From: Eledone cirrhosa
Lineage: Eukaryota
Direction of reading: 5' to 3'
NCBI GenBank assembly: GCA_964016885.1
Contig: OZ024745.1
Location: forward strand, 64,542,001-64,606,000
DNA length: 64,000 nucleotides
The notes under the pieces are model-generated. The model had not been told where the DNA came from. It made no database searches and saw nothing but the letters and a program-made list of their open reading frames with translations. Each line of letters begins with the position of its first letter. The stretch's first letter is position 1. Made by a program: the position numbers and the translations under genes. Shown here piece by piece: positions 13,491 through 28,600 of the stretch.

Positions 13491-16400
13491 TTTTATTTGG
13501 GTGATCCATTTTTTATTTGGGGGATCCATTTTTTATTTCGGGGATCCATTTTTTATTTGGGTGATTCATTTTTTATTTGGGGGATCCATTTTTTTTATTT
13601 GGGGGTCCATTTTTTATTTGGGTGATCCATTTTTTATTTGGGTGATCCATTTTTTATTTGGGGGATCCATTTTTTATTTGGGTCATCCATTTTTTATTTG
13701 GGGAACCATTTTTTATTTGGGGGATCCATTTTTTATTTTGGGTGATCTATTTTTTATTAGGGGGATCCATTTTCTATTTGGGTGATCCATTTTTATTTGT
13801 AGATCCATTTTTTAATTGGGGGATCCATTTTTTATTTAGTTGATCCATTTTTTAATTGGGTGATCCATTTTTTATTTGGGTGATCCATTTTTTATTTGGG
13901 TATTCCATTTTTTATTTGTGGGATCCATTTTTTATTTGGGGGATCCATTTTTTATTTGGGGGATCCAATTTTATTTGGGTGATCCATTTTTTATTTGGGT
14001 GATCCATTTTTTATTTGGGGGATCCAATTTTTATTTGGGTGATCCATTTTTTATTTGGGTGATACATTTTTTATTTGGGGGATCCATTTTTTATTTGGGT
14101 GATCCATTTTTTATTTGTGGAATCCATTTTTTATTTGGGGGATCCATTTTTTATTTGGGTGATCCATTTTTTATTTGGGTGATCCATTTTTAATTTGGGG
14201 GATCCATTTTTAATTTGGGTGATCCATTTTTTATTTGGGGGATCCATTTTTTATTTGGGTGATCCATTTTTTATTTGGGGGATCCATTTTTTAATTGGGT
14301 GATCCATTTTTTATTTGGGGGATCCATTTTTTATTTGGGTGATCCATTTTTTATTTGGGGGATCCATTTTTTATTTGGGTGATCCATATTTTATTTGGGT
14401 GATCCATTTTTTATTTGGGGGATCCTTTTTTTATTTGGGTGATCCATTTTTTATTTGGGGGATTCATTCTTTATTTGGGTGATCCATTTTTTATTTGGGT
14501 GATCCATTTTTTATTTGGGGGATCCATTTTTTATTTGGGTGATCCATTATTTATTTGGGGGATCCATTTTTTATTTGGGTGATCCATTTTTTATTTGTGG
14601 GATCCATTTTTTATTTGGGGGATCCATTTTTTATTTGGAGGATCCATTTTTTATTTGGGTGATCCATTTTTTATTTGGGTGATCCATTTATTATTTGGGG
14701 GATCCATTTTTTATTTGGGGGCAGAATTTTTATTTGGGTGATCCATTTTCTATTTGGGTGATCCATTTTTTATTTGGGTGATCCATTTTTTATTTGGGGG
14801 ATCCATTTTTTATTTGGGGGCAGAATTTTTATTTGGGTGATCCACTTTCTATTTGGGTGATCCATTTTTTATTTGGGTGATCCATTTTTTATTTGGGTAT
14901 TCCATTTTTTATTTGTGGGATCCATTTTTTATTTGGGTGATCCATTTTTTATTTGGGGGATCCAGTTTTTATTTGGGTCATCCATTTTTTATTTGGGGTA
15001 TCCATTTTTTATTTGGGGGATCCATTTTTTATTTTGGGTGATCCATTTTTTATTAGGGGGATCCATTTTTTATTTGGGTGATCCATTTTTATTTGTAGAT
15101 CCATTTTTTATTTGGGTGATCCATTTTTTAATTGGATGATCCATTTTTTATTTGGGGGATCCATTTTTTATTTGGGGGATCCATTATTTATTTGGGTGAT
15201 CCATTTTTTATTTGGGTGATCCATTTTTTATTTGGGGGATCCATTTTTTATTTGGGTGATCCATTTTTTATTTGGGTGATCCATTTTTTAATTGGGGGAT
15301 CCATTTTTTATTTAGTTGATCCATTTTTTAATTGGGTGATCCATTTTTTATTTGGGGGATCCATTTTTTATTTGGGGGATCCATTGTTTATTTGGGTGAT
15401 TCATTGTTTATTTGGGTGATCCATTTTTTATTTGGGTGATCCATTTTTTATTTGGGGGATCCATTTTTTATTTGGGGGATCCATTTTTTATTTGGGTGAT
15501 CCATTTTTTATTTGGGTGATCCATTTTTTATTTGTGGGATCCATTTTTTGTTTGGGGGATCCATTTTTTATTTGGGGGATCCTTTTTTTATTTGGGTGAT
15601 CCATTTTTTATTTGGGTGATCCATTTTTTATTTGGGGGATCCATTTTTTAATTGGGTGATCCATTTTTTATTTGGGTGATCCATTTTTTGGGGGGGGGAT
15701 CCATTTTTTATTTGGGTGATGCATTTTTTATTTGGGGGATCCATTTTTTATTTGGGGGATCCATTTTTTATTTGGGTGATACATTTTTTATTTGGGTGAT
15801 CCATTTTTTATTTGGGTGATCCATTTTTTATTTGGGTTGATCCCTTTTTTATTTGGGGGATCCATTTTTTATTTGGGTGATCCATTTTTTATTTGGGGGA
15901 TCCATTTTTTATTTGGGTGATCCATTTTTTATTTGGGGGATCCATTTTTAATTTGGGTGATCCATTTTTTATTTGGGGGATCCATTTTTTATTTGGGTGA
16001 TCCATTTTTTATTTGGGGGATCCATTTTTTAATTGGGTGATCCATTTTTTATTTGGGGGATCCATTTTTTATTTCGGTGATCCATTTTTTATTTGGGGGA
16101 TCCATTTTTTATTTGGGTGATCCATATTTTATTTGGGTGATCCATTTTTTATTTGGGGGATCCTTTTTTTATTTGGGTGATCCATTTTTTATTTGGGGGA
16201 TTCATTTTTTATTTGGGTGATCCATTTTTTATTTGGGTGATCCATTTTTTATTTGGGGGATCCATTTTTTATTTGGGTGATCCATTATTTATTTGGGGGA
16301 TCCATTTTTTATTTGGGTGATCCATTTTTTATTTGTGGGATCCATTTTTTATTTGGGGGATCCATTTTTTATTTGGAGGATCCATTTTTTATTTGGGTGA

Positions 16401-16600
16401 TCCATTTTTTATTTGGGTGATCCATTTATTATTTGGGGGATCCATTTTTTATTTGGGGGCAGAATTTTTATTTGGGTGATCCATTTTCTATTTGGATGAT
16501 CCATTTTTTATTTGGGTGATCCATTTTTTATTTGGGGGATCCATTTTTTATTTGGGGGCAGAATTTTTATTTGGGTGATCCACTTTCTATTTGGGTGATC
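11340..16600 (+). repeat. About 5-kb block duplicated at about 22835-28130 (offset 11494 bp, drifting slightly at the right end)
   Basis: ORF pairs 11819/23313, 12640/24134, 13377/24871, 13658/25152, 13876/25370, 14853/26347 and 15132/26626 are offset 11494. The variant GGGGAACC is shared (about 13700/25194). Confidence 0.92.
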
Positions 16601-19600
16601 CATTTTTTATTTGGGTGATCCATTTTTTATTTGTGGGATCCATTTTTTATTTGGGTGATCCATTTTTTATTTGGGGGATCCAGTTTTTATTTGGGTCATC
16701 CATTTTTTATTTGGGGTATCCATTTTTTATTTGGGGGATCCATTTTTTATTTTGGGTGATCCATTTTTTATTAGGGGGATCCATTTTTTATTTGGGTGAT
16801 CCATTTTTATTTGTAGATCCATTTTTTATTTGGGTGATGAATTTTTTAATTGGATGATCCATTTTTTATTTGGGGGATCCATTTTTTATTTGGGGGATCC
16901 ATTATTTATTTGGGTGATCCATTTTTTATTTGGGTGATCCATTTTTTATTTGGGGGATCCATTTTTTATTTGGGTGATCCATTTTTTATGTGGGTGATCC
17001 ATTTTTTAATTGGGGGATCCATTTTTTATTTAGTTGATCCATTTTTTAATTGGGTGATCCATTTTTTATTTGGGGGATCCATTTTTTATTTGGGGGATCC
17101 ATTGTTTATTTGGGTGATTCATTGTTTATTTGGGTGATCCATTTTTTATTTGGGTGATCCATTTTTTATTTGGGGGATCCATTTTTTATTTGGGGGATCC
17201 ATTTTTTATTTGGGTGATCCATTTTTTATTTGGGTGATCCATTTTTTATTTGTGGGATCCATTTTTTATTTGGGGGATCCATTTTTTATTTGGGGGATCC
17301 TTTTTTTATTTGGGTGATCCATTTTTTATTTGGGTGATCCATTTTTTATTTGGGGGATCCATTTTTTATTTGGGTGATCCATTTTTTATTTGGGTGATCC
17401 ATTTTTTTGGGGGGGGATCCATTTTTTATTTGGGTGATCCATTTTTTATTTGGGGGATCCATTTTTTATTTGGGGGATCCATTTTTTATTTGGGTGATAC
17501 ATTTTTTATTTGGGTGATCCATTTTTTATTTGGGTGATCCATTTTTTATTTGGGTTGATCCCTTTTTTATTTGGGGGATCCATTTTTTATTTGGGTGATC
17601 CATTTTTTATTTGGGGGATCCATTTTTTATTTGGGGGATCCATTTCTTATTTGGGTGATCCATTTTTTATTTGGGGGATCCATTTTTTATTTGGGTGATA
17701 CATTTTTTAATTGGGTGATCCATTTTTATTTGGGTGATCCATTTTTTACTTGGGGGATCCATTTTTTATTTGGGGGATCCATTTTTTATTTTGCTGATTC
17801 ATTTTTTATTTGGGTGATCCATATTTTATTTGGGGGTATCCATTTTTTATTTGGGTGATCCATTTTTTATTTGGGGGATCCATTTTTTATTTGGGTGATC
17901 CATTTTTTATTTGGGTGATCCATTTTTTATTTGGGGGATCCAATTTTTATTTGGGTGATCCATTTTTTATTTGGGTGATCCATTTTTTATTTGTGGGATC
18001 CATTTTTTATTTGGGGCATCCATTTTTTATTTGGGTGATCCATTTTTATTTGGAGATCCATTTTGTACTTGGGTGATCCATTTGTTAATTGGGTGATCCA
18101 TTTTTTATTTGGGTGATCCATTTTTTATTTGGGGGATTCATTTTTTATTTGGGTGATCCATTTTTTATTTGGGTGGTCCATTTTTTATTTGGGTGATCCA
18201 TTTTTTATTTGGGGGATCCATTTTTTATTTGGGTGATCCATTTTTTATTTGGGGATCCATTTTTTATATGGGTGATCCATTCTTTATTTGGGTGATCCAT
18301 TTTTTATTTGGGTGATCCATTTTTTATTTGGGGATCCATTTTTTATTTGGGGGATTCATTTTTTATTTGGGTGATCCATTTTTTATTAGGGGGATCCATT
18401 TTTTATTTGGGTGATCCATTTTTATTTGGAGATCCATTTTTTATTTAGGTGATCCATTTTATAATTGGGTGATCCATTTTTTATTTGGGGGATCCATTTT
18501 TTATTTGGGGGATCCATTATTTATTTGGGTGATCCATTTTTTATTTGGGTGATCCATTTTTTATTTGGGTGATCAATTTTTTATTTGGGTGATCCATTTT
18601 TTATTTGGGTGATCCATTTTTTAGTTGGGTGGTCCATTTTTTATTTGGGTGATCCATTTTTTATTTGGGGGATCCATTTTTTATTTGGGTGATCCATTTT
18701 TTATTTGGGGATCCATTTTTTATTTGGGTGATCCATTTTTTATTTGGGTGATCCATTTTTTATTTGGGGGATCCATTTTTTATTTGGGTGATTCATTTTT
18801 TATTTGGGGGGTCCATTTTTTATTTGGGGGATCCATTTTTATTTGGGTGATCCATTTTTTATTTGGGGTATCCATTTTTTATTTGGGTGATCCATTTTTT
18901 ATTTGGGTTGATCCCTTTTTTATTTGGGGGATCCATTTTTTATTTGGGTGATCCATTTTTTATTTGGGGGATCCATTTTTTATTTGGGTGATCCATTTTT
19001 TATTTGAGGGATCCATTTTATATTTGGGTGATCCATTTTTTATTTGGGGGATCCATTATTTATTTGGGTGATCCATTTTTTATTTGGGTGATCCATTTTT
19101 TATTTGGGTGATCCATTTTTTATTTGGGTGATCCATTTTTTATTTGTGGATCCATTTTTTATTTGGGTGATCCATTTTTTATTTGGGTGATCCATTTTTT
19201 ATTTGGGGGATCCATTTTTTATTTGGGTGATCCATTTTTTATTTGGGGATCCATTTTTTATTTGGGTGATCCATTTTTTATTTGGGTGATCCATTTTTTA
19301 TTTGGGGGATCCATTTTTTATTTGGGTGATCCATTTTTTATTTGGGGTTCCATTTTTTATTTGGGGGATCCATTTTTATTTGGGTGATCCATTTTTTATT
19401 TGGGGGATCCATTTTTTATTTGGGTGATCCATTTTTTATTTGGGTTGATCCCTTTTTTATTTGGGGGATCCATTTTTTATTTGGGTGATCCATTTTTTAT
19501 TTGGGGGATCCATTTTTTATTTGGGGGATCCATTTTTTATTTGGTTGATCCATTTTTTATTAGGGGGATCCATTTTTTATTTGGGTGATCCATTTTAATT

Positions 19601-22600
19601 TGGAGATCCATTTTTTGTTTAGGTGATCCATTTTATAATTGGGTGATCCATTTTTTATTTGGGGGATCCATTTTTTATTTGGGGGATCCATTATTTATTT
19701 GGGTGATCCATTTTTTATTTGGGTGATCCATTTTTTATTTGGGTGATCCATTTTTTATTTGGGTGATCCATTTTTTATTTGGGTGATCCATTTTTTATTT
19801 GGGGGATCCATTTTTTATTTGGGTGATCCATTTTTTATTTGGGTGATCCATTTTTTATTTGAGGGATCCATTTTATATTTGGGTGATCCATTTTTTATAT
19901 GGGTGATCCATTTTTTATTTGGGGGATCCATTTTTTATTTGGGGGATCCATTTTTTATTTGGGGGATCCATTTTTTATTTGGGGGATCCATTTTTTATTT
20001 TTGGGATCCATTTTTTATTTGGGTGATTCATTTTTTATTTGGGGGATCCATTTTTTATTTGGGTGATCCATTTTTTTTATTTGGGGGTCCATTTTTTATT
20101 TGGGTGAACCATTTTTTATTTGGATGATCCATTTTTTAATTGGGTGATCCATTTTTATTTGGGTGATCCATTTTTTACTTGGGTGATCCATTTTTTATTT
20201 TGCTGATTCATTTTTTATTTGGGTGATCCATTTTTTATTTGGGGGATCCATTTTTTATTTGGGTGAACCATTTTTTATTTGGGAGATCCATTTTTTATTT
20301 GGGTGATCCATTTTTTATTTGGGTGATCCATTTTTTATTTGGGGGATCCATTTATTATTTGGGGGATCCATTTTTTATTTGGGTGATCCATTTTTATTTG
20401 GAGATCCATTTTGTATTTGGGTGATCCATTTTTTAATTGGGTGATCCATTTTTTATTTGGGTGATCCATTTTTTATTTGGGGGATCCATTTTTTATTTGG
20501 GTGATCCATTTTTTATTTGGGTGGTCCATTTTTTATTTGGGTGATCCATTTTTTATTTGGGGGATCCATTTTTTATTTGGGTGATCCATTTTTTATTTGG
20601 GGATCCATTTTTTATTTGGGTGATCCATTTTTTATTTGGGTGATCCATTTTTTATTTGGGGGATCCATTTTTTATTTGGGTGATCCATTTTTTATTTGGG
20701 GGGGTCCATTTTTTATTTGGGGGATCCATTTTTATTTGGGTGATCCATTTTTTATTTGGGGGATCCATTTTTTATTTGGGTGATCCCTTTTTTATTTGGG
20801 GGATCCATTTTTTATTTGGGTGATCCATTTTTTATTTGGGGGATCCATTTTTTATTTGGGGGATTCATTTTTTATTTGGGTGATCCATTTTTTATTAGGG
20901 GGATCCATTTTTTATTTGGGTGATCCATTTTTATTTGGAGATCCATTTTTTATTTAGGTGATCCATTTTATAATTGGGTGATCCATTTTTTATTTGGGGG
21001 ATCCATTTTTTATTTGGGGGATCCATTATTTATTTGGGTGATCCATTTTTTATTTGGGTGATCCATTTTTTATTTGGGTGGTCCATTTTTTATTTGGGTG
21101 CTCCATTTTTTATTTGGGTGATCCATTTTTTATTTGGGGGATCCATTTTTTATTTGGGTGATCCATTTTTTATTTGGGGGATCCATTTTTTATTTGGGTG
21201 ATCCATTTTTTATTTGGGGGATCCATTTTTTATTTCGGGGATCCATTTTTTATTTGGGTGATTCATTTTTTATTTGGGGGATCCATTTTTTATTTTGGGT
21301 GATCCATTTTTTATTAGGGGGATCCATTTTTTATTTGGGTGATCCATTTTTATTTGTAGATCCATTTTTTATTTGGGTGATCCATTTTTTAATTGGATGA
21401 TCCATTTTTTATTTGGGGGATCAATTTTTTATTTGGGGGATCCATTATTTATTTGGGTGATCCATTTTTTATTTGGGTGATCCATTTTTTGTTCGGGGGA
21501 TCCATTTTTTATTTGGGTGATCCATTTTTTATTTGGGTGATCCATTTTTTAATTGGGGATCCATTTTTTATTTAGTTGATCCATTTTTTAATTGGGTGAT
21601 GCATTTTTTATTTGGGGGATCCATTTTTTATTTGGGGGATCCATTTTTTATTTGGGGGATCCATTGTTTATTTGGGTGATCCATTTTTTATTTGGGTGAT
21701 CCATTTTTTATTTGGGGGATCCATTTTGTATTTGGGTGATGCATTTTTTATTTGGGTGATCCATTTTTTATTTGGGTGATCCATTTTTTATTTGTGGGAT
21801 CCATTTTTTATTTGGGTGATCCATTTTTTATTTGGGGGATCCATTTTTTATTTGGGTGATCCATTTTTTATTTGGGTGATCCATTTTTTATTTGGGGGAT
21901 CCATTTTTTATTTGGGTGATCCATTTTTTATTTGGGGGATCCATTTTTTATTTGGGGGATCCATTTTTTATTTGGGTGATCCATTTTTTATATGGGTGAT
22001 CCATTTTTTATTTGGGGGGATCCATTTTTAATTTGGGTGATCCATTTTTTATTTGGGGGATCCATTTTTTATTTGGGTGATCCATATTTTATTTGGGGGA
22101 TCCATTTTTTATTTGGGTGATCCATTTTTTATTTGGGTGATCCATTTTTTAATTGGGTGATCCATTTTTTATTTGGGGGATCCATTTTTTATTTGGGTGA
22201 TCCATTTTTTAGTTGGGTGGTCCATTTTTTATTTGGGTGATCCATTTTTTATTTGGGGGATCCATTTTTTATTTGGGTGATCCATTTTTTATTTGGGGAT
22301 CCATTTTTTATTTGGGTGATCCATTTTTTATTTGGGTGAACCATTTTTTATTTGGGGGATCCATTTTTTATTTGGGTGATTCATTTTTTATTTGGGGGGT
22401 CCATTTTTTATTTGGGGGATCCATTTTTAATTGGGTGATCCATTTTTTATTTGGGGGATCCATTTTTTATTTGGGTGATCCATTTTTTATTTGGGTTGAT
22501 CCCTTTTTTATTTGGGGGATCCATTTTTTATTTGGGTGATCCATTTTTTATTTGGGGGATCCATTTTTTATTTGGGTGATCCATTTTTTATTTGAGGGAT

Positions 22601-22750
22601 CCATTTTATATTTGGGTGATCCATTTTTTATTTGGGGGATCCATTATTTATTTGGGTGATCCATTTTTTATTTGGGTGATCCATTTTTTATTTGGGTGAT
22701 CCATTTTTTATTTGGGTGATCCATTTTTTATTTGGGTGATACATTTTTTA
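16000..22750 (+). repeat. About 6.7-kb block with paralogs at about 29200-35180, 36000-42920 and 58350-64000
   Basis: Offsets 13273 (16850/30123, 17810/31083, 19124/32397, 19759/33032) and 20090 rising to 20170 (18625/38715, 20517/40687, 21792/41962, 22213/42383). Shared markers GGGGCATCC, TTTTGTACTT, GGTGCTCC and TTTTGTTCGGGGG. Confidence 0.92.
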
Positions 22751-25649
22751 TTTGGGGGATCCATTATTTATTTGGGTGATCCATTTTTTATTTGGGTGAT
22801 CCATTTTTTATTTGGGGGATCCATTTTTTATTTGGGTGATCCATTTTTTATTTGGGTGATCCATTTTTTAATTGGGGGATCCATTTTTTATTTAGTTGAT
22901 CCATTTTTTAATTGGGTGATCCATTTTTTATTTGGGGGATCCATTTTTTATTTGGGGGATCCATTGTTTATTTGGGTGATTCATTGTTTATTTGGGTGAT
23001 CCATTTTTTATTTGGGTGATCCATTTTTTATTTGGGTGATCCATTTTTTATTTGGGTGATCCATTTTTTTTGGGGGGGGATCCATTTTTTATTTGGGTGA
23101 TCCATTTTTTATTTGTGGGATCCATTTTTTATTTGGGGGATCCATTTTTTATTTGGGTGATCCATTTTTTATTTGGGTGATCCATTTTTTATTTGGGTGA
23201 TCCATTTTTTTGGGGGGGGATCCATTTTTTATTTGGGTGATCCATTTTTTATTTGGGGGATCCATTTTTTATTTGGGGGATCCATTTTTTATTTGGGTGA
23301 TACATTTTTTATTTGGGTGATCCATTTTTTATTTGGGTGATCCATTTTTTATTTGGGTTGATCCCTTTTTTATTTGGGGGATCCATTTTTTATTTGGGTG
23401 AACCATTTTTTATTTGGGGGATCCATTTTTTATTTGGGGGATCCATTTCTTATTTGGGTGATCCATTTTTTATTTGGGGGATCCATTTTTTATTTGGGGG
23501 ATCCATTGTTTATTTGGGTGATTCATTGTTTATTTGGGTGATCCATTTTTTATTTGGGTGATCCATTTTTTATTTGGGGGATCCATTTTTTATTTGGGGG
23601 ATCCATTTTTTATTTGGGTGATCCATTTTTTATTTGGGTGATCCATTTTTTATTTGTGGGATCCATTTTTTATTTGGGGGATCCATTTTTTATTTGGGGG
23701 ATCCTTTTTTTATTTGGGTGATCCATTTTTTATTTGGGTGATCCATTTTTTATTTGGGGGATCCATTTTTTATTTGGGTGATCCATTTTTTATTTGGGTG
23801 ATCCATTTTTTATTTGGGGGATCCATTTTTTATTTGGGTGATCCATTTTTTATTTGGGGGATCCATTTTTTATTTGGGGGATCCATTTTTTATTTGGGTG
23901 ATACATTTTTTATTTGGGTGATCCATTTTTTATTTGGGTGATACATTTTTAATTTGGGTGATCCATTTTTTATTTGGGGGATCCATTTTTTATTTGGGTG
24001 ATCCATTTTTTATTTGGGGGATCCATTTTTTATTTGGGTGATCCATTTTTTATTTGGGTGATCCATTTTTTTATTGGGTGATCCATTTTTTATTTGGGGG
24101 ATCCATTTTTTATTTGGGTGATCCATTTTTTATTTGGGTGGTCCATTTTTTATTTGGGTGATCCATTTTTTATTTGGGGGATCCATTATTTATTTGGGTG
24201 ATCCATTTTTTATTTGGGGATCCATTTTTTATTTGGGTGATCCATTTTTTATTTGGGTGATCCATTTTTTATTTGGGGGATCCATTTTTTATTTGGGTGA
24301 TCCATTTTTTATTTGGGGGGTCCATTTTTTATTTGGGGGATCCATTTTTATTTGGGTGATCCATTTTTTATTTAGGGGATCCATTTTTTATTTGTGTGAT
24401 CCATTTTTTATTTGGGTTGATCCCTTTTTTATTTGGGGGATCCATTTTTTATTTGGGTGATCCATTTTTTATTTGGGGGATCCATTTTTTATTTGGGGGA
24501 TCCATTTCTTATTTGGGTGATCCATTTTTTATTAGGGGGATCCATTTTTTATTTGGGTGATCCATTTTTATTTGGAGATCCATTTTTTATTTAGGTGATC
24601 TATTTTATAATTGGGCGATCCATTTTTTATTTGGGGGATCCATTTTTTATTTGGGGGATCCATTATTTATTTGGGTGATCCATTTTTTATTTGGGTGATC
24701 CATTTTTTATTTGGGTGATCCATTTTTTATTTGGGTGATCCATTTTTTATTTGGGTGATCCATTTTTTATTTGGGGGATCCATTTTTTATTTGGGTGATC
24801 CATTTTTTATTTGGGTGATCCATTTTTTATTTGAGGGATCCATTTTATATTTGGGTGATCCATTTTTTATTTGGGTGATCCATTTTTTATTTGGGGGATC
24901 CATTTTTTATTTGGGGGATCCATTTTTTATTTGGGGGATCCATTTTTTATTTGGGTGATCCATTTTTTATTTGGGGGATCCATTTTTTATTTGGGTGATC
25001 CATTTTTTATTTGGGGGATCCATTTTTTATTTCGGGGATCCATTTTTTATTTGGGTGATTCATTTTTTATTTGGGGGATCCATTTTTTTTATTTGGGGGT
25101 CCATTTTTTATTTGGGTGATCCATTTTTTATTTGGGTGATCCATTTTTCATTTGGGGGATCCATTTTTTATTTGGGTCATCCATTTTTTATTTGGGGAAC
25201 CATTTTTTATTTGGGGGATCCATTTTTTATTTTGGGTGATCTATTTTTTATTAGGGGGATCCATTTTCTATTTGGGTGATCCATTTTTATTTGTAGATCC
25301 ATTTTTTAATTGGGGGATCCATTTTTTATTTAGTTGATCCATTTTTTAATTGGGTGATCCATTTTTTATTTGGGTGATCCATTTTTTATTTGGGTATTCC
25401 ATTTTTTATTTGTGGGATCCATTTTTTATTTGGGGGATCCATTTTTTATTTGGGGGATCCAATTTTATTTGGGTGATCCATTTTTTATTTGGGTGATCCA
25501 TTTTTTATTTGGGGGATCCAATTTTTATTTGGGTGATCCATTTTTTATTTGGGTGATACATTTTTTATTTGGGGGATCCATTTTTTATTTGGGTGATCCA
25601 TTTTTTATTTGTGGAATCCATTTTTTATTTGGGGGATCCATTTTTTATT

Positions 25650-28600
25650 TGGGTGATCCATTTTTTATTTGGGTGATCCATTTTTTATTTGGGGGATCCA
25701 TTTTTAATTTGGGTGATCCATTTTTTATTTGGGGGATCCATTTTTTATTTGGGTGATCCATTTTTTATTTGGGGGATCCATTTTTTAATTGGGTGATCCA
25801 TTTTTTATTTGGGGGATCCATTTTTTATTTGGGTGATCCATTTTTTATTTGGGGGATCCATTTTTTATTTGGGTGATCCATATTTTATTTGGGTGATCCA
25901 TTTTTTATTTGGGGGATCCTTTTTTTATTTGGGTGATCCATTTTTTATTTGGGGGATTCATTTTTTATTTGGGTGATCCATTTTTTATTTGGGTGATCCA
26001 TTTTTTATTTGGGGGATCCATTTTTTATTTGGGTGATCCATTATTTATTTGGGGGATCCATTTTTTATTTGGGTGATCCATTTTTTATTTGTGGGATCCA
26101 TTTTTTATTTGGGGGATCCATTTTTTATTTGGAGGATCCATTTTTTATTTGGGTGATCCATTTTTTATTTGGGTGATCCATTTATTATTTGGGGGATCCA
26201 TTTTTTATTTGGGGGCAGAATTTTTATTTGGGTGATCCATTTTCTATTTGGGTGATCCATTTTTTATTTGGGTGATCCATTTTTTATTTGGGGGATCCAT
26301 TTTTTATTTGGGGGCAGAATTTTTATTTGGGTGATCCACTTTCTATTTGGGTGATCCATTTTTTATTTGGGTGATCCATTTTTTATTTGGGTATTCCATT
26401 TTTTATTTGTGGGATCCATTTTTTATTTGGGTGATCCATTTTTTATTTGGGGGATCCAGTTTTTATTTGGGTCATCCATTTTTTATTTGGGGTATCCATT
26501 TTTTATTTGGGGGATCCATTTTTTATTTTGGGTGATCCATTTTTTATTAGGGGGATCCATTTTTTATTTGGGTGATCCATTTTTATTTGTAGATCCATTT
26601 TTTATTTGGGTGATCCATTTTTTAATTGGATGATCCATTTTTTATTTGGGGGATCCATTTTTTATTTGGGGGATCCATTATTTATTTGGGTGATCCATTT
26701 TTTATTTGGGTGATCCATTTTTTATTTGGGGGATCCATTTTTTATTTGGGTGATCCATTTTTTATTTGGGTGATCCATTTTTTAATTGGGGGATCCATTT
26801 TTTATTTAGTTGATCCATTTTTTAATTGGGTGATCCATTTTTTATTTGGGGGATCCATTTTTTATTTGGGGGATCCATTGTTTATTTGGGTGATTCATTG
26901 TTTATTTGGGTGATCCATTTTTTATTTGGGTGATCCATTTTTTATTTGGGGGATCCATTTTTTATTTGGGGGATCCATTTTTTATTTGGGTGATCCATTT
27001 TTTATTTGGGTGATCCATTTTTTATTTGTGGGATCCATTTTTTATTTGGGGGATCCATTTTTTATTTGGGGGATCCTTTTTTTATTTGGGTGATCCATTT
27101 TTTATTTGGGTGATCCATATTTTATTTGGGGGATCCATTTTTTATTTGGGTGATCCATTTTTTATTTGGGTGATCCATTTTTGGGGGGGGGGGATCCATT
27201 TTTTATTTGGGTGATGCATTTTTTATTTGGGGGATCCATTTTTTATTTGGGGGATCCATTTTTTATTTGGGTGATACATTTTTTATTTGGGTGATCCATT
27301 TTTTATTTGGGTGATCCATTTTTTATTTGGGTTGATCCCTTTTTTATTTGGGGGATCCATTTTTTATTTGGGTGATCCATTTTTTATTTGGGGGATCCAT
27401 TTTTTATTTGGGTGATCCATTTTTTATTTGGGGGATCCATTTTTAATTTGGGTGATCCATTTTTTATTTGGGGGATCCATTTTTTATTTGGGTGATCCAT
27501 TTTTTTATTTGGGGGATCCATTTTTTAATTGGGTGATCCATTTTTTATTTGGGGGATCCATTTTTTATTTGGGTGATCCATTTTTTATTTGGGGGATCCA
27601 TTTTTTATTTGGGTGATCCATATTTTATTTGGGTGATCCATTTTTTATTTGGGGGATCCTTTTTTTATTTGGGTGATCCATTTTTTATTTGGGGGATTCA
27701 TTTTTTATTTGGGTGATCCATTTTTTATTTGGGTGATCCATTTTTTATTTGGGGGATCCATTTTTTATTTGGGTGATCCATTATTTATTTGGGGGATCCA
27801 TTATTTATTTGGGGGATCCATTTTTTATTTGGGTGATCCATTTTTTATTTGTGGGATCCATTTTTTATTTGGGGGATCCATTTTTTATTTGGAGGATCCA
27901 TTTTTTATTTGGGTGATCCATTTTTTATTTGGGTGATCCATTTATTATTTGGGGGATCCATTTTTTATTTGGGGGCAGAATTTTTATTTGGGTGATCCAT
28001 TTTCTATTTGGGTGATCCATTTTTTATTTGGGTGATCCATTTTTTATTTGGGGGATCCATTTTTTATTTGGGGGCAGAATTTTTATTTGGGTGATCCACT
28101 TTCTATTTGGGTGATCCATTTTTTATTTGGGTGATCCATTTTTTATTTGGGTATTCCATTTTTTATTTGTGGGATCCATTTTTTATTTGGGTGATCCATT
28201 TTTTATTTGGGGGATCCAGTTTTTATTTGGGTCATCCATTTTTTATTTGGGGTATCCATTTTTTATTTGGGGGATCCATTTTTTATTTTGGGTGATCCAT
28301 TTTTTATTAGGGGGATCCATTTTTTATTTGGGTGATCCATTTTTATTTGTAGATCCATTTTTTATTTGGGTGATCCATTTTTTAATTGGATGATCCATTT
28401 TTTATTTGGGGGATCCATTTTTTATTTGGGGGATCCATTATTTATTTGGGTGATCCATTTTTTATTTGGGTGATCCATTTTTTATTTGGGGGATCCATTT
28501 TTTATTTGGGTGATCCATTTTTTATTTGGGTGATCCATTTTTTAATTGGGGGATCCATTTTTTATTTAGTTGATCCATTTTTTAATTGGGTGATCCATTT